NCBI RefSeq assembly: GCF_006345805.1
Contig: NC_042998.1
Coordinates: forward strand, 111,352,001 to 111,416,000
Direction: 5' to 3'
Source of the DNA: Octopus sinensis
Taxonomy: Eukaryota
Length of the DNA stretch: 64,000 nt
The notes beneath the pieces were generated by a model. The model saw only the letters and a list, made by a program, of their open reading frames with translations, made no database searches and was not told where the DNA came from. Made by a program: the position numbers and the translations under genes. This document shows, one piece after another, positions 38,201-49,619 of the stretch (position 1 is the stretch's first letter; each line of letters begins with the position of its first letter).

Positions 38201-39508
38201 ATTAAAGACATGGCTTTCCTATATTTTATTCAGATATAAGGTATCAGATGTGTCATTTCATTTCGTGATCATAGGGAGATTTTGTTGCTATTTCTTGCAA
38301 GTCCAGCAATATCGCTGATGCTCCTTTCTGTTCTTGACGAAATTCAATCGCTATTGCCGATAAGATATTAGCATTCGTGGCAGAAATAAATATTAATTAA
38401 GTATTAAGAGCAGAGATCTCATTCTGTTCGGGGGAGACCCAAAGTAGTGTGGATGTTACAGGTAAAGGTAAAGTCTTTCTCACCACAACCCAAATTCTAG
38501 CGGGTGTGCTTATTGTTTTCTTTACTTCTTGTGTACGTGCTACTAGTTCTTCGAATTGACTGCATACTTTCCGGATCTACAACCACACGTCACGTAAGTC
38601 ATCTTAACTGCGTCTCATCTATTTAATCTTACAATAAGTACTTCACCTAATAAATCTGTACTGAAGCTATAAGTTTCAAGAATTCCTTCCCCACCAACAT
38701 TTTTCTTATATACATCGACCTGGCTCTTGACAGACTCTTAATCTGAGCACCAACCGCATCTTTCTCGTCAGTCTTGGAGTGTCCTGAAAAGTCATAGACA
38801 TTGACTTTCTACCTTTGATTACCTTATAAAAGAAAGACACAGTTAGTGACTCAGAATTTAGATAAAGTTGTTACAGTCTACAAGAAATCGGAGATTCTAT
38901 GCTTCTACATAAACTGCTCGTGAAATCGAAAACAAATAATAAAATCAACTGAAGAATGTTCGTGTCAAGAATACAAGTAAACTATAGAAAGTAGATAGTA
39001 CGAAATATATTTTACTCAAAAACAGTACGTTATTATATTTATTAGAAAAGATGAGAGACAGAAGAAGATAACACAATCACCATGCACACACATCACACGG
39101 ATATGCAGATATATATGTAAACTCATACAAGTACCTATATCTCTTTATTTGCTTATCTCTATCTCTCTATCTAACCATGAGTATATATGTGTGTGTGTGT
39201 GTATGCATATAAATGAACGTATATACACACATGCACAATATGTGTGTACATAAACATACATGAAAGTATATATAACAAAAAATATATACATAAATATGCT
39301 GTTTTATATATATATATATATATATACAATATATATATATACATATACATGGTGGTAATTATATGTGTAAATACATACATACACACGCATACATAATCAG
39401 TACTAGTAGAAGTATTGCAATAAATTCTCCAGTTCATAACATGGCTTCAATAAATTTCTATTTTAGTATATTCTACTACTAACTACTAGGACGACAACCA
39501 CCACCACA

Positions 39509-39540
<32 letters not shown>

Positions 39541-39589
39541 CAGCGCCATGACAAGCATCACAACTACAACTAATAGTAGTAGTAGTAGT

Positions 39590-39632
<43 letters not shown>

Positions 39633-40227
39633 TCTCTAGTCTAACGCAGAACTTAACTTTCCTTTCATACAACACAACAACAAAACACAACACATACCAC
39701 AACAGAAGATACATCCCTACCCAACCTCCACCTCTACTACTATTCGCTACTATCTTAACATTATCTAGTACAGCAAAGACACACTTTACACACATACACG
39801 CAAACACACACACACACACACACATACACACTCTCTCATTCTCTCTATCGCCCTCCCCCCCACACACACACACATACCTCTACCATCTCCTTCAATAACA
39901 ACCATACATTCTACCAAACACAACAATAGTTACACCGCCACTATCACCACAGAATATATACACAAGTCACTAATTATACATGCTTTGCTCTAACATTTCC
40001 AATAATGACAAGGTAGACAAACTGAAACCTAGAATGAATTATAAATCAAGAAAAATTCTGACATCTTTAGAATTGAAGCTGTTCCGCTACCTACCATTAT
40101 TGCCACCACGTCACCTCAAAGAGAAAATTAGATAAGTTTCAAGTAATGCAACTCGAAAATTACTGACTTGTTTTCATATGAAATGCAAATGCTTTTAGAT
40201 GTATAAATTTATTATTACGTGTTTATG

Positions 40228-40327
<100 letters not shown>

Positions 40328-40725
40328 CGTATGTGTGTGTGTGTGTGTGTGTGTGTAAAGGTATGTAAGGATGGATAAGTGGATGGATGGATTGGCTGGA
40401 TGGATGTATATGGGATACATGTAAGTACGAGTATGTATGCATGCATACGTGTATGAGTATGCATGCGTGTACGTGTGTGTGTATGCATGCATGTATGTAT
40501 GTACGTACGCGTGTACGTATATATGTATGTATATATGTAAATATGTAAATATATGTATATTTATATATGTGTGTGTATGAATATATATATATATATATAT
40601 ACATATATATAAATATGTGTGTATATATCTATGTTCGTACGTATGTATGTACATATGGGTATATATGTATATGTATAGGCATATATGTGTATATATATAT
40701 ATGTGTATACATATATAGGTATATA

Positions 40726-40778
<53 letters not shown>

Positions 40779-40949
40779 GTGCATGTACGTATGTATGTAT
40801 ATATATGTACATACGCATTTATGTATTATGCATTTATGTGCGTACGTATGTGTATTTTCGTACGTCTGTAAGTCTGTATATATCTATGTATATGCGTAAA
40901 TGTATGCTTGCATGTTTATGTGTAAACATATGTATATACGTACATACGT

Positions 40950-41155
40950 TCATAAGTATGCGGACGCAGGTTTGGCCAGGCAGTTAAGAAGTTCGCTTGC
41001 ACAGTAACAAGGTCTGCTGATCGATCTCACTGCGCGGTATCTAAGACTCTTTAACCATGACCTTGCCCTAAACCGAACTGATGTTTGGTAGACAAAAACT
41101 ATGTAGTAAACCATCAAAAGGCCTGTGCATGAATTTTCTATGAACCAACTTAGTC
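40950..41155 (+). mobile_element. SINE family 2, degraded
   Basis: GCAGTTAAGAAGTTCGCTTGC..TTTGGTAGACAAAAACT. Confidence 0.55.
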
Positions 41156-41336
41156 GCATAGTATGTCATACTAATGCGGTCACAATTTTAGTCATGGGGC
41201 CCAGGAATTTTAATTTGATAGTCCATAAGTATTTCATTTATGCAATAACTGAATACGCCATCGTCGAAAACCGACGAAGGAGATATATTTGGTTTCTTTT
41301 TTAGTTCTTTGTCATGTTTTTTTTTGTATGTGCGTT

Positions 41337-41392
<56 letters not shown>

Positions 41393-41600
41393 TATGCAAT
41401 ACACATACATTTACACACACATACATAGATACATACACACTCACCTATATGCAAGTATGTCTATTTACGTAGATATATATATATATATTATATATACGTA
41501 TATATATATACATATGTATATGTGTGTGCGTGCGTCTGTGTGTATGTGCATAAATACATATATAGATGAACACTCACACAAATATATAGATATATTTGTA

Positions 41601-41695
<95 letters not shown>

Positions 41696-41714
41696 ATATT
41701 TATTTTATAGAAGG

Positions 41715-41765
41715 AGCTTCTACAGGACTAGAACTGTTTCATTCAAATGAAATCATCAGGAAGCT
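41715..41765 (-). ncRNA. Type I hammerhead ribozyme motif with intact core
   Basis: Minus strand AGCUUC-CUGAUGA-UUUCAUUUGAAU-GAA-ACAG-UUCUAGUC-CUGU-A-GAAGCU: 6-bp stem I, CUGAUGA core, short stem II (UUC/GAA with U-U at 10.1:11.1), GAAA, 4-bp stem III, GUA cleavage triplet. Confidence 0.75.
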
Positions 41766-41771
41766 TCCTGT

Positions 41772-41904
41772 AGCTTCCTGATTATTTCATTTGAATGAAA
41801 CAGTTCTAGTCCTGTAGAAGCTCCTTCTATAAAATAAATTAATTTACTCTGCTATGTATTGAGTACCTTATTTACTGTGGTTAACCCCGACTCAACCCGG
41901 GACC

Positions 41905-41909
<5 letters not shown>
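41772..41909 (+). mobile_element. Short (TA)n-embedded element carrying a hammerhead motif with a core substitution (CUGAUUA), Penelope-like/retrozyme-like
   Basis: 41772-41822 is the inverted copy of 41715-41765. It continues to GTTAACCCCGACTCAACCCGGGACCTAC and then (TA)n. Confidence 0.65.
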
Positions 41910-41941
<32 letters not shown>

Positions 41942-42032
41942 CTACATATATACTATATATATAATTATATATACATGTACAAATCTATTCATATGTGTAT
42001 ATATATGTGTGGGTCTTTAGACAGTTTATAGG

Positions 42033-42071
<39 letters not shown>

Positions 42072-42314
42072 TTTACATGCCGATACACTCATAACCTGAC
42101 GTTCTATACATTTCTCACCCATGCACTATGACACGCATTAAGTTATTAACAATTTGTGACACTAAAAGGATCTAGCTTATAGACGACGTGTCAAATGCTG
42201 CATTGCAATGTCCTCAATGCGGCATTATAAGATCAGTGTAGAAAATGAACAGAAACATCACTACCACCACTACTACTACTACTACTACTACAAATAATGA
42301 TAATAATAATAACA

Positions 42315-42363
<49 letters not shown>

Positions 42364-42492
42364 TAATAATAATAGTAGTAGTAGTAGTAATAATAATAAT
42401 AATATTAATAATGATGATGATAATAATAATAACAACAACAACAACAATAATAATATTAATAATAATAAGGAGGAGGAGGAGGAGGAGAAGTA

Positions 42493-42523
<31 letters not shown>

Positions 42524-42804
42524 AAGAAGAAGAAAAAGACGAAGAAGAAGAAGAAGAAAAGAAGAAGAAGAAGAAGAAAAAGACGAAGAAGAAGAGAAGA
42601 AGAAGAAAAAAAGAAGAAGAAGAAGAAGAAGAAGAAGAAGAGAAGAAGAAGAAAAGAAGAAGACGAAGAGAGAAGAAGAAGAAGGAAGAAGAAGAAGAAG
42701 AAGAAGAAGAGTAGCGGTAGTGTAGCCTTAGCGACATCGCAGCCTTAGTGACTGGACGTATTCTTCGCTGCTCTGAGCAAAGACAAATAAACACTATATT
42801 AACT

Positions 42805-43040
42805 AAAGACAAATAAACACACCCCACCTGGTAGCACTGCCAAGCCAAGAGCATCTGGAAATTATCCATGATAGTTCCCGACTGGAAAGTCCTACGGAAT
42901 AAACTAGCCAGTTCGTTCTCGTCGGTCCCCAGAGTTTCCCCGAGAACGTAGTCGCACTTCCTCGCCACTAATCCTCTATAAATTTCTAAAGCAGAACATT
43001 CCGATCCCATTGCCCAACTTGTAGAGGGTTGAGAGCGCCT
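42805..43040 (-). mobile_element. Tx1-like LINE ORF2 fragment (region just upstream of the C-terminal zinc finger)
   Basis: IYRGLVARKCDYVLGETLGTDENELASLFRRTFQSGTIMDNFQMLLAWQCY. Confidence 0.6.
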
Positions 43041-43060
43041 GACGACATTTTAGCTGCCCA

Positions 43061-43358
43061 CCCTGATGCAGTACTAGGCAGTGACTCTCATGGCTACTTA
43101 TCTTAACTGATTGGAAGTGTTATCATGTTCATTGTTTTGTCTTGGTATAAAAGATAGGCTAATATTCTGCTCCATGTGAATATTCTGCTCCATGCCACAG
43201 ATTTGCTTGTCAGTTGCTCGATCTTAACCAAATGAACATGACCCTTGCGATGCATGCGCCTAGTGTACCCCTATCAGACGGGTAGTTATGATGGACATAC
43301 TGGGCTTCGTATATTTAACCCCAGTGTCACTTTGATGGCATGCACAGCTCTCTCACTC
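43061..43358 (+). mobile_element. 542-bp TAA-associated element, internally deleted copy
   Basis: Same left end (CCTGATGCAGTAC) and right end (CTCTCTCACTC|AATGAT) as 45951-46492. Confidence 0.85.
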
Positions 43359-43384
43359 AATGATGATAATGATAATAATAACAA

Positions 43385-43449
<65 letters not shown>

Positions 43450-43630
43450 TAGTAATATCATTACAAGTATTATCATCATTATTGTGATTATTCATTATTC
43501 ATCATTATCATTAATATTATTACTCTCAAGATTGATGTCTTTTATTCTATGGCTGCCATAATGCATTTGTTCATTCATAATACATAAAAGGTGACAATAA
43601 AAAGGAAAACAACATCATTAATAATTATTA

Positions 43631-43679
<49 letters not shown>

Positions 43680-43685
43680 GTTATT

Positions 43686-44023
43686 ATTTCTTTTATTAGC
43701 CACAGGGCCTTACATAAAACAACGTAAAATGACATGACACAACATAAAAGACAACACAAGACGAGACAAAGGGTTTTCATCGTGTAAACAATGTATATAA
43801 CAATAAAAAAATTAAACTAAAGAGAACTCCCAAAAGAGGAGGCGCTTTAAAGGTCCTCGTGGGAAAAAAACCCACAAAAGCCACGAGCGCCTGATCAATA
43901 GGGCAAGAGCCCGTCTCTTTTAATTTTTCATAGGTGTATTCTCAGAATTCGTCCTTTCACACCGGTCATTCTTCGCTCCACCCTCAACTATCTCTTCAAA
44001 CGAAACTTGAAAAGTTGATGAGG

Positions 44024-44025
<2 letters not shown>
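43686..44025 (-). mobile_element. 3' end of a second Tx1-like subfamily within (TAA)n
   Basis: LINF-KFRLKR*LRVER is homologous to [17 protein letters not shown] at 52.6 kb. Terminus GCCCTGTGGCTAATAAAAGAAATAATAA. Confidence 0.7.
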
Positions 44026-44109
<84 letters not shown>

Positions 44110-44250
44110 TAGTACAACACTAAGTACAAAACCAAATATATGGCACCCTAAGCATCACACCAACATGAACTCCCAACTTGTTGTCTCTTGAGGTCTCTGG
44201 GTGAGACTTGGAGCCAGCTTGTGCAAATGTAAAGCAAAAGTAAAACATAG
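44110..44250 (+). mobile_element. R4/Dong subfamily A, 3' UTR-only copy
   Basis: Matches about 45590-45727 and ends AAAACATAG|AATAAT. Confidence 0.85.
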
Positions 44251-44296
44251 AATAATAATAATAATGATGATGATAATGATAATGATAATAATAATG

Positions 44297-44364
<68 letters not shown>

Positions 44365-44365
<1 letters not shown>

Positions 44366-45726
44366 TCGTTATCTGATCAATTACTGAAACATGTCAGCTC
44401 GACAGAAAAATAAGAAAACTGTTGACAATGCATAGAATGCACCACCCTAAGGCAGATACAGAACGACTTTATCTGCCAAGAAAAGAGGGAGGCCGTGGTC
44501 TTTTGCAACTGGCAATAACAATGAAGATTGCTACAATTGGCCTAGACACCTACCTGAGAAAGTCTGAGGACTGCATGTTAAAACTTGTCTCAAAACCTGA
44601 AAACAAGAAAGCATCATACTCAGTAACAAAATAGGCAAAGGAATATCTAAGTGAATTCCGAATACAACAAATTTCGGAATTAGAGATAGACATACAAGAA
44701 ACAAGCACAGAAAAAGCTAGGCGCATGAAAACCCGTGCCAAAATTGCGGCCTTAGATATTCTGAAAAATAAATGGCAAGAAAAACCTCTCTATGGCAAAT
44801 ACCCAAAGAGAGCGAATAATGCAGATATTGACAAAGCCCTGACCCATCAATGGCTAATGGCCTCTGGCTTAAAATATGAAACAGAAGGGTTTATCATAGC
44901 AGCTCAAGATCAATGCCTACCAACAAGAAAGTACCAGGCCAACATATTAAAGAACGGCAGTAGCCCAACATGTCGTGTATGCCGACAACAAAATGAAACC
45001 ATTGATCATGTTGTCTCCAAATGCAGTCTTCTAGCGCCTACAGAGTACCTCAATAGGCATGATAGAGCTGCACAATATATTCACTGGGTAATTTGCAAAA
45101 ACCTGGATTTGCCCCATGAAAAAAACTGGTGGGAACACAATCCACCTCCAGTGCTTGAAAATGACCACATCTCACTCCTCTGGAACTTCACCATTCAAAC
45201 TGACAGAAAGATAGATGCAAATAGGCCAGACATCATATTGAAAGACTTCAGACAAAGAACATGCCTCCTCATTGATATGACTGTCCCAATCGATATAAAC
45301 GTATCTGTCAAGACCTGCCAAAAACTGAGCAAATATAAAGATCTTGAAATAGAAATCAGCAAAATGTGGAACCTGAAGACTAAAACAATACCTGTTGTCA
45401 TAGGTGCCCTGGGAATGATAGCGAAAGGGGCTAATTGCTACCTAACTCAGATACCAGGAAACCACAAAATGGCAGAAATTCAAAAGATAGTGCTCATGGG
45501 AACCGCTCATATCCTACGCAAAATACTCTCTATGTAATCTCAAGATTTAAAACAAACTTTTTTTTTAAATTTAATTTATGTATTAGACATTCACTAGTAC
45601 AACACAAAAAAAATATATGGCACACTAGGCATAACAACAACGTGAATTTCCAACCTGTTGTCTCTTGAGGTCTCTGGGTGAGACTTGGAGCCAACTTGTA
45701 CAGACATAAAGCAAAAGTCAAACATA

Positions 45727-45727
<1 letters not shown>
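44365..45727 (+). mobile_element. R4/Dong-clade non-LTR retrotransposon (subfamily A), 5'-truncated, within (TAA)n
   Basis: LYLPRKEGGRGL (RT thumb), CRVC..ETIDHVVSKC (CCHC knuckle) and RPDIILKD..LIDMTVP..KLSKYKDL (restriction-like endonuclease). One in-frame stop at 44632-44634. Confidence 0.95.
44725..45537 (+). CDS. Transposon-derived ORF remnant (270 aa): CCHC zinc knuckle plus RLE endonuclease
   Basis: ORF track translation. It is part of the truncated element, not a host gene. Confidence 0.85.
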   Translation: MKTRAKIAALDILKNKWQEKPLYGKYPKRANNADIDKALTHQWLMASGLKYETEGFIIAAQDQCLPTRKYQANILKNGSSPTCRVCRQQNETIDHVVSKCSLLAPTEYLNRHDRAAQYIHWVICKNLDLPHEKNWWEHNPPPVLENDHISLLWNFTIQTDRKIDANRPDIILKDFRQRTCLLIDMTVPIDINVSVKTCQKLSKYKDLEIEISKMWNLKTKTIPVVIGALGMIAKGANCYLTQIPGNHKMAEIQKIVLMGTAHILRKILSM

Positions 45728-45788
<61 letters not shown>

Positions 45789-45824
45789 GTAATAATAATA
45801 AGAAGAAGAATGATGATGATGATA

Positions 45825-45862
<38 letters not shown>

Positions 45863-45886
45863 AATAATAATAATAATAATAATAAC

Positions 45887-45950
<64 letters not shown>

Positions 45951-46492
45951 GCCTGATGCAGTACCAGGCAGTGGCTTTCATGGCTTCTGATCTGAACTGA
46001 TTGGAAGTGTTTTCATGTACATTGTTTTGTCTTGGTATAAAAGATGGGCTACAGCAAATATTCTGCTCAAAACCACAGCTTTGCTTGTCAGTTGTTTGAT
46101 CTTAACCAGTTGGACATGTCCCTTAGTGGCTGACTATATGTGCATCTCTGATCAGAAGTTGTGGAGGAGCATCATAGCCACGTGTTGAGGGGGATTCTTT
46201 GGGGTTTGAATAATTCACCTCTGGAAACAGGTGTTTCGTTCAATATCCTCAAATAACTCTTATTCAGGGACCTTTTGAGCAGGATGGTTTACTCGACCAG
46301 AAGAAAATTCTAACTGGGCCCCCCTGCAAGGTCATGTGCTGATTATCTTAATATGAGATCACCATATCGCGCACATGATTGTGATGCATGTGCCTAGTGT
46401 ACCCTTATCAGACGGGTTGTCATGATGGGTGTACTGGGCTTCGTATATTTTACCCCGCTGTCACTTTGATGGCATGAACTGCTCTCTCACTC
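45951..46492 (+). mobile_element. 542-bp non-coding TAA-associated element, longest copy
   Basis: Flanked on both sides by (AAT)n. Five copies or fragments in the window, four sharing the same right end. Confidence 0.85.
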
Positions 46493-46545
<53 letters not shown>

Positions 46546-48129
46546 ATTCGGTGACGTGACTGTGGTTTCGGAGGAGGCGATGATGGTGATGCAAATGCTG
46601 GTGGTGGTGGTGGTGGTAGTGGTGGTTGTGGTGGTGGTGGTGGTGGTGGTGGTTTTGGTGGTGGTGGTGGTGGTGGTTTTGGTGGTGGTGGTGGTGGTGG
46701 TGGTTTTGGTGGTGGTGGTGGTGGTGGTGGTGGTGGTGGTGGTGGTGGTGGTGGTGGTGGTGGTGGTGGAGGCTGCGGTTGATAGTGGTGGTTATGTTGA
46801 TGTCAGTTCTGATGTGATGGTGTTAATGGTGGCGATGATGGTCTTCTTACTTAGGCTGGAATGCCTTTGACCATAATTCTGATCAATCCGCGCTAACCTG
46901 AATCCAGACAGCATTGAAGGCAACAGCCGGTATCTAACCTCTAGATGGTACGTCTTGATGCTTTTGCCGTTTAGAAAGTCATCAGATGATCACTCGACAT
47001 GCTAGAAACAGTAACCAATTTTCGTCAAATTCTTTTAAATAGTCATCTAAAAATGGAAGCAAACGTTGGATAATGCAATCCACGATACAGAATATCTGAA
47101 CAAAGACGGGATATTCCCAGTTAGAAAAATATTTTGTTCGAAGTTCTACACTTTGCGCACAGACATAAAACCAAATAAAACATGGATATGAACCCATACA
47201 ACTTCAGACTAAGTTGCACATGCGCACACATAAACGCAAACATGGATACAAGCATGCACCGAAAAATATACGGCAGGTACTTTTACCAAATATTTTGATT
47301 CTGGAGACCATGAGGTATAGAAGTAAATGTTGCTCTTGATGTTTTTTCTTCTTGGCAGTATTAAGCAATACTTTATGTTTGAAATCGAATTTATCCCAGA
47401 TCTTAAACCAAAATGATTTCAGACATTTCTTGAAATATGAACCCCAGTATGGAGATATTTTCTTTGATCTTCCAGTAAACCCTTTCTGTGACAGTAGTTG
47501 ACTAACAGTTAATGTTTCCTTGAAATGATCCAGTTCTACGGAATCATTTTTTCTGTTTTCCATTCTTTTTTATTTCTGTTTTTTCACTCAGCATCTAGAT
47601 TTCATGACTTCAAGTTGTTAATTTTCGTTGCAGTTTTTAAACGTAAGACCTCTACGCATTTCAGGGTTTTTTCGCCCCACGTAAGTTACAGTCGGCGAAT
47701 GTTGGTGTTAGTATTCAACATACACATCATATTTGTAACGGAGTGTCCGATTCTACAGCACAGGGCGTTGATATTTATTTCTTGTGTTGTTAACTATGTA
47801 ATTTCCTTATAAGGGGTATTTCATTTCTACATGTTCTTTCGAGTATACCTTGGGGTTTCCTTTCCAATGGTTACATTTGTATACATGTAGATAGGGATTG
47901 TCCAATATTGATTATAATAAGTTATCAAAAAGGCTCCCGCAATATTACCAACCACTTTTAACTACAAGATTCGAAAGTTTCCTCACCTGTATTAAAAATG
48001 TTAGCAAGGAGTTCTGTATCTAGTTGCAATCCTTGCAAGAAATAAGAGCCTAATTCCTCGCACATTATCTCATCACTTTAGAAAAATAATGACACCATCA
48101 CTTGTCGCAAATAATTTAGTGTAATATCC

Positions 48130-48500
48130 GCTGTTTCTGGTGAGGAGGGTGTTTATTGGACACCCTGCGGGATGAAAAACAAAACCCGTCAAAGGGCGGA
48201 GGAACTCTTGAGAGTCAACGGCCATCCAATAAATGTCTTAAGGCTGTATCATGCGCGGAAACGTAGAAATAATCGGACTGAATACCCGATCACGCGGTTA
48301 AACCATTGGGAGTGAAGAACTCCTAGCCTTTGTTAGGGCATCCTACAAGGAGAAGGTAACTCAAGTAACTGGGATAACACCGACATAAAACCTGCGGCTC
48401 AGTGGTTACCGATGATATTGACTTGTTCTTCTTTTCGGATTATGGCTGCTGTTGCTTAGTGAGTGGGATTGACTCTGTGCACAGCCTTTCCTCACTTTAA
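48130..48500 (+). mobile_element. Possible RTE-type LINE 5' UTR fragment
   Basis: GGCATCCTACAAGGAGAAGGTAACTC..TAAAACCTGCGGC resembles RTE 5' UTR motifs as recalled; not aligned. Confidence 0.3.
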
Positions 48501-48864
48501 AAAAAATATCTTCTGGCACAGTCATTGCACGATAACAACATTGATTAAGCTTCGTGCAATGGCCATACTCGATAACGAGGGGGCAGCCACCATATATATG
48601 TGTGTGTGTATATATATATATATATATAATATATATACACCAAACCAGCAGATTGCAAAATTTTGTGGTATTATTTATTCACCATTACACATGTTCCATT
48701 TGCTAATACTATTTGTTTATCTGTCTGAAGAATTTCTAACAGGAGTTATTTTACATGTTTCTTTTGCATGTAGTAAACGAACCATGTGTAATGGCGAATA
48801 AATAATACCACAAATTTTCCTAATCCCTTGTTTTAATATATAATTATTCTGCAGAAAATATTCA

Positions 48865-49035
48865 TTTCTACTCTAGGCACAAGGCCTTGAAAAGTTTTGG
48901 GGAACGGGGATAGTCGATTCTAGGATAAAAGGCAAAGTCGACCTCGGCGTAATTTGAACTCGGAATGTAGCGGCAGACGAAATACTGCTAAACATTTAGC
49001 CGGCGTGTTAACGATTCAACCAGCTCACTGCCTTC
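48865..49035 (-). mobile_element. SINE family 1 with tail A, internally deleted
   Basis: CTAGGCACAAGGCC..AAAGGCAAAGTCGACCTCGGCG..GAACTC..CAGCTCACTGCC on the plus strand. Confidence 0.8.
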
Positions 49036-49175
49036 TCAGCAGAAAATATTTAACAGGATTTTCAACTCTTATGTATACGTCATACAAATATAAAATCTGC
49101 ATACGGATTTGGAATACCGCAATAGGTTGATGTACTTCCAGAGGACACAGCTTGAATTTTAACCCTGCCTACGTA

Positions 49176-49253
<78 letters not shown>

Positions 49254-49516
49254 AATTTAATTAATGAGTATGAAAAAGAAATTTTGTTATGAACTTCATT
49301 AGCTAAAATAGTTCATTACATGATTTCTTGTTCCCTTGCCATTTATTTAATTTCTTTTTACGCTCTATACTTGGCTAATGCATTTTTCTGAAGCATATTG
49401 AATTCTAACACAAGGCTATGCCTAAGCGAAATATTAATGTGTGTGTACATACGTACATACATGCATACATACACACACACCCACACGCACACACACACAT
49501 ATGCATTGATATATAT

Positions 49517-49619
<103 letters not shown>

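Noticed and set aside
42245-42748. Long ORFs made of poly-N/K/E/R, and all similar YI/HT/CV/LSIY/poly-I ORFs in the track
   Set aside because: They are translations of microsatellites that lack stop codons in some frames.
45951-46000. HDV-like ribozyme at the 5' end of the 542-bp element
   Set aside because: Only a simple hairpin is visible; the nested double-pseudoknot pairings could not be built.
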